From the NCBI GenBank assembly GCA_019058315.1, contig JAHPZH010000007.1, positions 190,989 through 254,988 on the forward strand: 64,000 nucleotides of DNA, in the 5' to 3' direction. A model generated the notes under the pieces. It had not been told where the DNA came from and did not search any database. It saw only the letters and a list, made by a program, of their open reading frames with translations. The stretch is from Candidatus Helarchaeota archaeon. Lineage in GTDB: Archaea > Asgardarchaeota > Lokiarchaeia > Helarchaeales > RDOG01. This document shows, in pieces, positions 60,003 through 64,000 of the stretch (the first letter of the stretch is position 1; every line of letters starts with the position of its first letter). The position numbers and the translations under genes were made by a program.

Positions 60003-61622
60003 ATGTCTGAAAATGAAGATTGGTTTTTGAAGGTAGAAGGTTTAGCAAAAGAGTTCGTACGTGGTGAACCAGCCTATAACGATATCAATTTTACATTAAA
60101 GGAGGGTCATTCTTTTGGCATTCTTGGGAAAAGTGGTTGTGGGAAAAGCGCATTAATGCACGCAATCCGGGGAACTAAAGATTATGATCCTACCCGTGGA
60201 AAAATCTATTATCGTCTAGCTGTATGTAAAAATTGTAAGGCCGTAGAATACCCTAGCACGGCAGGCGAAGCTTGTACTAAATGTGGAGATAAAACAGAAC
60301 TTCGAACTATTGATTATTGGGATATTTTCGAAAAAGATCCTGACTTATTTTATTCGATCTATGAACGAATTGCAATAATGCTTCAACGTACTTTTGCACT
60401 TTTTGGAGAACATCCAGTAATAATGAATATCCGAAATACTCTAGATAAATACGGATATCCAAAAAGAAAAATTGACGGTAGATCTATAATGCTTCTATCA
60501 AAAGTTAAATTGACACATAGAGCAATGCATCTAGCACGAGATTTATCAGGAGGAGAAAAACAGCGTGCAGCATTTGCAACTTGTCTTGCAAAAAATCCAT
60601 TATTATTCCTTGCAGACGAACCTACTGGAACATTGGATCCAATTACAGCAGAATATGTCCATGATGTTATGAAAAAAGCTGTTAGTGATGAAAATCTCAC
60701 CCTAATAGTTACTTCTCACTGGCCACATGCCGTTGCTGCCCTTTCTGAGGAATCGGTTCTTTTGGAGCGGGGTAAAGTAGTCAAACAAGGAGATCCTGAT
60801 GAAGTATCTAAAGCGTTTATGGACATGCTCGAAGAAGTAGAAATAGAAAGACGCAAAATTGATAATCCAATTATTAAAATTAAAGATGCTAGAAAATATT
60901 ACTGGACATTTGATAGGGGTATAATAAAAGCATGTGATGGAATTGATCTTATCATAAATGAAGGAGAAATATTTGGGCTTTTGGGTGTTTCTGGTTCTGG
61001 AAAAACCTCATTGGCACACATGATAATTGGGTTAAGAACGATCACAAGTGGAGATATTAATATTCGTGTTGGTGAAGAATGGATTGACATGAGCAGTCCT
61101 GGTCCACATGAAAGAGGAAGAGCATCCAAATACATGTCTATTTTACATCAAGAATATTGTCTATATCCGCATAGAACAGTTCTAGAGAATATTACAGGAG
61201 CAGTTAGACATAGAATACCAGAGGAAATAAAAACAAATAAAGCATATGATGCTCTGAGAGCAGTTAATTTTACTAATGAAGAGATCGACAATATTTTATA
61301 CCAATTTCCAGATAATATAAGCGAAGGGGAACGACATAGAGTAGCGATTGCTAGAATTCTAATTCAAGAACCCAAAATTGTACTACTTGATGAACCTACA
61401 GGTACGGCGGATCCACTGACAAGAATGGAAATTGTGAGATCAATTAAAAAATCTAGAGATGATCTACAACAGACTTATTTAATCATTTCACATGATATTG
61501 ACTTTATTGAAACTGTATGTGATAGAGCTGCTTTAATGAAGGGTGGTAAGATACTACAAGTTGGAGATCCTAACAAAATAATCGAAGTAATGAAAGTTGA
61601 AGAAGCAAAAGAAGCAGTATAA
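60003..61622 (+). CDS. atwA: Methyl-coenzyme M reductase system component A2-like double ABC ATPase
   Basis: Two ABC domains and no TM; zinc insert CKNC...CTKC; RIAIMLQRTFAL, ARDLSGGEKQR, TSHWP, GEEWIDM..PG...RGRA, LHQEY.LYPHR. Confidence 0.88.
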   Translation: MSENEDWFLKVEGLAKEFVRGEPAYNDINFTLKEGHSFGILGKSGCGKSALMHAIRGTKDYDPTRGKIYYRLAVCKNCKAVEYPSTAGEACTKCGDKTELRTIDYWDIFEKDPDLFYSIYERIAIMLQRTFALFGEHPVIMNIRNTLDKYGYPKRKIDGRSIMLLSKVKLTHRAMHLARDLSGGEKQRAAFATCLAKNPLLFLADEPTGTLDPITAEYVHDVMKKAVSDENLTLIVTSHWPHAVAALSEESVLLERGKVVKQGDPDEVSKAFMDMLEEVEIERRKIDNPIIKIKDARKYYWTFDRGIIKACDGIDLIINEGEIFGLLGVSGSGKTSLAHMIIGLRTITSGDINIRVGEEWIDMSSPGPHERGRASKYMSILHQEYCLYPHRTVLENITGAVRHRIPEEIKTNKAYDALRAVNFTNEEIDNILYQFPDNISEGERHRVAIARILIQEPKIVLLDEPTGTADPLTRMEIVRSIKKSRDDLQQTYLIISHDIDFIETVCDRAALMKGGKILQVGDPNKIIEVMKVEEAKEAV

Positions 61623-61954
61623 TCTATTTTTTTATTTTTTTTAAATATTGACTACTTTTATAGAAAGAAAAAATTGACTCAATAAAATTTCGATTTTTAA
61701 ACCAATTGTGAAATTTATAATTTTGAGAATAACATGTCTAGGATTAAATTAAAAATGAAGTTGGTTCATATATCCAATTTATAGCGAAAATTCGTCCATT
61801 TTCAACCCATAAACAATCAGAAAAAAAAAATTTGGATTTTGCCAAGATATATACATTTAAATAGCTTTAATTTTTTCAATATTAAAATCACTGGAAAAAA
61901 AATTTCTAAGTAAATCTTCAATTTACTAAAGGAATTTCAAAGTTGGGATGATTT

Positions 61955-64000
61955 TTGAAACTTAAAAAGAGAAATAAAATTCAAGTCTTACTATTGTTTG
62001 CTATATTTTCTATATTAATGACTTCTTCAATAATTAGAACTGATATAATATTACCAAGTTGTTTTTATAAAGATTCTAACCAAGAAACTATAATTCCATC
62101 AATTCCTTTAGAGCTTCAACCTGCAAAAGCGGTGCTAGGATATTATGACACACCAGGATATGCCTGGGGAGTAGCAGTCTCAGGAGATGTGGCATATGTT
62201 GCTGATCGGGATTCGGGTTTGCGGTGCATTGATATAAGTGACCCAACCAATCCCGCTGAAATAGGATATAACAACACCCCAGGAAATGCATACGGAGTGG
62301 CAGTCTCGGGAGACGTGGCATATGTTGCCGATTATGACCAAGGCTTGCGGTGCATTGATATAAGTGACCCAACCAGCCCCTCTGAAATAGGCTTTTATAA
62401 TACCCCAGGATATGCATACGGAGTAGCAGTCTCAGGAGATGTTGCATACGTGGTTGATTATTATGAACTGCTTTGTATTGATATCAGCGACCCAACCAGC
62501 CCCTCTGAAATAGGTTCTTACAATATAACGTCATTTGCATGGAGCGTGGCAGTCTCTGGAGACGTGGCTTACGTTGCAAACGATTTTCGGGGTTTGCGGT
62601 GCATTAATATAAGCGATCCGACCAATCCCTCTCAAATAGTCCTTTATGTTACCTCAGGAAATGCAATGGAAGTAGCAATCTCGGGAGATGTGGCGTACGT
62701 TGCGGATAATTATCAGGGCTTGCGGTGTATTGATATAAGTGACCCGACTAGCCCCTCTGAAATAGGTTCTTACAACACACCAGGATCTGCACGTGGAGTG
62801 GCAATCTCTGGAGACATGGCGTATGTTACAGATTATGATCAAGGCTTGAGGTGTATTAATATTTCAGACCCGACCGACCCCTCTGAAATTGGTTCTTACA
62901 ACACCTTGGATTTTACACGTGGAGTGGCAATCTCGGGAGACGTGGCATATGTTACTGATTTGAATCAGGGTTTGTGGTGTTTTGATATAAGCGACTTTAT
63001 CGACCCCATTGAAATAGGTTTTTATAATACATCAAAATCTGCATATGCAGTAGCAATCTCGGGAGACGTGGCATACATTGCTGATTATGATGGAGGCTTG
63101 GTGTGCATTGATATAAGTGATCCAACCAATCCCTCTGAAATAGGTTCTTACGACACCGGGGGATATATATATGATCTTAAAGTCTCGGGAGATGTGGCAT
63201 ATGCTGTAGCACTTACGCAAGGCTTCTGGTGTTTTGATATAAGCGACCCGACTAGTCCTTCTCCAATAGGATATTACGACACAGATAACCAAGCACGAGG
63301 ATTAGCAGTTTCTGGAGACGTGGCATATGTAGCAGATCTTGGTGGTTTACTGTGCATAAATATCAGTGATCCTACTAATCCCTATGAAATAGGTGATATC
63401 GATACAGTAGGATGGGCAAGTGATGTAGCAGTCTCGGGAGACGTGGCATACATTGCTGATGATTCAGGAAACTTTGTGTGCGTTGATATAAGCGATCCAA
63501 CAAACCCATCTAAAATTGGCAACTGTTCTGCTGTAGGAGGGCAGGATGTAGTAGTCTCAGGAGACGTGGCATACCTTGCCGATTTTTTCGGTTTACGGTG
63601 TATCAATATAACTGATCCGACCAATCCCTTTCAAATAGAATCTTACACTACTTCAGGAGACGAAAATGGAGTAGCTGTATCGGGAGACGTGGCATGCGTT
63701 GCATGTACTTATCAGGGCTTCCGATGTGTAAACATAAGTAATCCGACTAGTATCTCTGAAATAGGTTCTTTCAACACTTCTGGAACTGTTTATGGAGTGG
63801 CAATCTCTGGAGACGTGGCATATGTTGCCGATGGAGAACAAGGCTTGCGGTGTATCAAGATTAGGCAATGTGGAGAGGATGATTTAGATTCGGATAATCT
63901 AACGTTTATTCAGGAAGTTTGGAATCATGATACTAATCCATCAATTAACGACACAGATGATGATGGGTTGAATGATGGTGCTGAAATTCAGGTGTATCAA
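61955..64000 (+). CDS. Secreted LVIVD-repeat beta-propeller protein with Ca-binding DxDxDG repeats (runs off window; not in ORF track)
   Basis: TTG 61955: MKLKKRNKIQVLLLFAIFSILM signal-like; 14 in-frame SGDVAY...LxCIDISDP repeats; ends DTDDDGLNDGAEIQVYQ with no stop. Confidence 0.88.
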   Translation, partial: MKLKKRNKIQVLLLFAIFSILMTSSIIRTDIILPSCFYKDSNQETIIPSIPLELQPAKAVLGYYDTPGYAWGVAVSGDVAYVADRDSGLRCIDISDPTNPAEIGYNNTPGNAYGVAVSGDVAYVADYDQGLRCIDISDPTSPSEIGFYNTPGYAYGVAVSGDVAYVVDYYELLCIDISDPTSPSEIGSYNITSFAWSVAVSGDVAYVANDFRGLRCINISDPTNPSQIVLYVTSGNAMEVAISGDVAYVADNYQGLRCIDISDPTSPSEIGSYNTPGSARGVAISGDMAYVTDYDQGLRCINISDPTDPSEIGSYNTLDFTRGVAISGDVAYVTDLNQGLWCFDISDFIDPIEIGFYNTSKSAYAVAISGDVAYIADYDGGLVCIDISDPTNPSEIGSYDTGGYIYDLKVSGDVAYAVALTQGFWCFDISDPTSPSPIGYYDTDNQARGLAVSGDVAYVADLGGLLCINISDPTNPYEIGDIDTVGWASDVAVSGDVAYIADDSGNFVCVDISDPTNPSKIGNCSAVGGQDVVVSGDVAYLADFFGLRCINITDPTNPFQIESYTTSGDENGVAVSGDVACVACTYQGFRCVNISNPTSISEIGSFNTSGTVYGVAISGDVAYVADGEQGLRCIKIRQCGEDDLDSDNLTFIQEVWNHDTNPSINDTDDDGLNDGAEIQVYQ
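62140..63860 (+). repeat. 14 tandem coding repeats of 123-126 bp
   Basis: GGAGA(C/T)(G/A)T(G/T)GC cores at 62183, 62309, 62435, 62558, 62684, 62810, 62936, 63062, 63188, 63314, 63437, 63560, 63683, 63809, all in one frame. Confidence 0.92.

Noticed and set aside
62140-63860. Regular repeats as a CRISPR array
   Set aside because: The period is 123-126 bp (multiples of 3), the frame is open and encodes LVIVD blades; there are no unique spacers or cas genes
62088-63868. Five minus-strand ORFs in the track
   Set aside because: Antisense shadows of the plus-strand propeller gene

Overview
AT-rich archaeal chromosomal window, very probably from an Asgard archaeon (Promethearchaeota). Support: roadblock and longin domain proteins, a YIP1-like protein, archaeal ribosomal proteins S19e/L39e/L31e, pelota, and an intron-containing tRNA. 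An MCR component A2 (AtwA) homologue and a NikR-boxed ECF metal transporter point tentatively to Helarchaeales (inference). Most of the window is housekeeping and anaerobic metabolism: PorG, Lhr, RidA, PhoU, two GlcD/GlcF-type pairs, NrdD, Tmk, MtnA, type II PanK and an OYE-family reductase. The main finding is a tandem array at 47.3-52.4 kb. It holds four intact, diverged 7-transmembrane proteins with GPCR-like N-out topology, conserved cytoplasmic loops and variable outer helices. Each is followed by a copy of a conserved ~135-aa soluble partner (two intact, two pseudogenised), and the array is interleaved with decayed 5' fragments of tmk. It looks like an expanding receptor repertoire sharing one transducer. 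Features missing from the ORF track: tRNA-Pro(CGG) with two introns, rpl39e, a 58-aa Sm-like protein, truncated porG, and a secreted 14-repeat LVIVD beta-propeller running off the right edge. Family calls come from motif recognition only; no searches were run.
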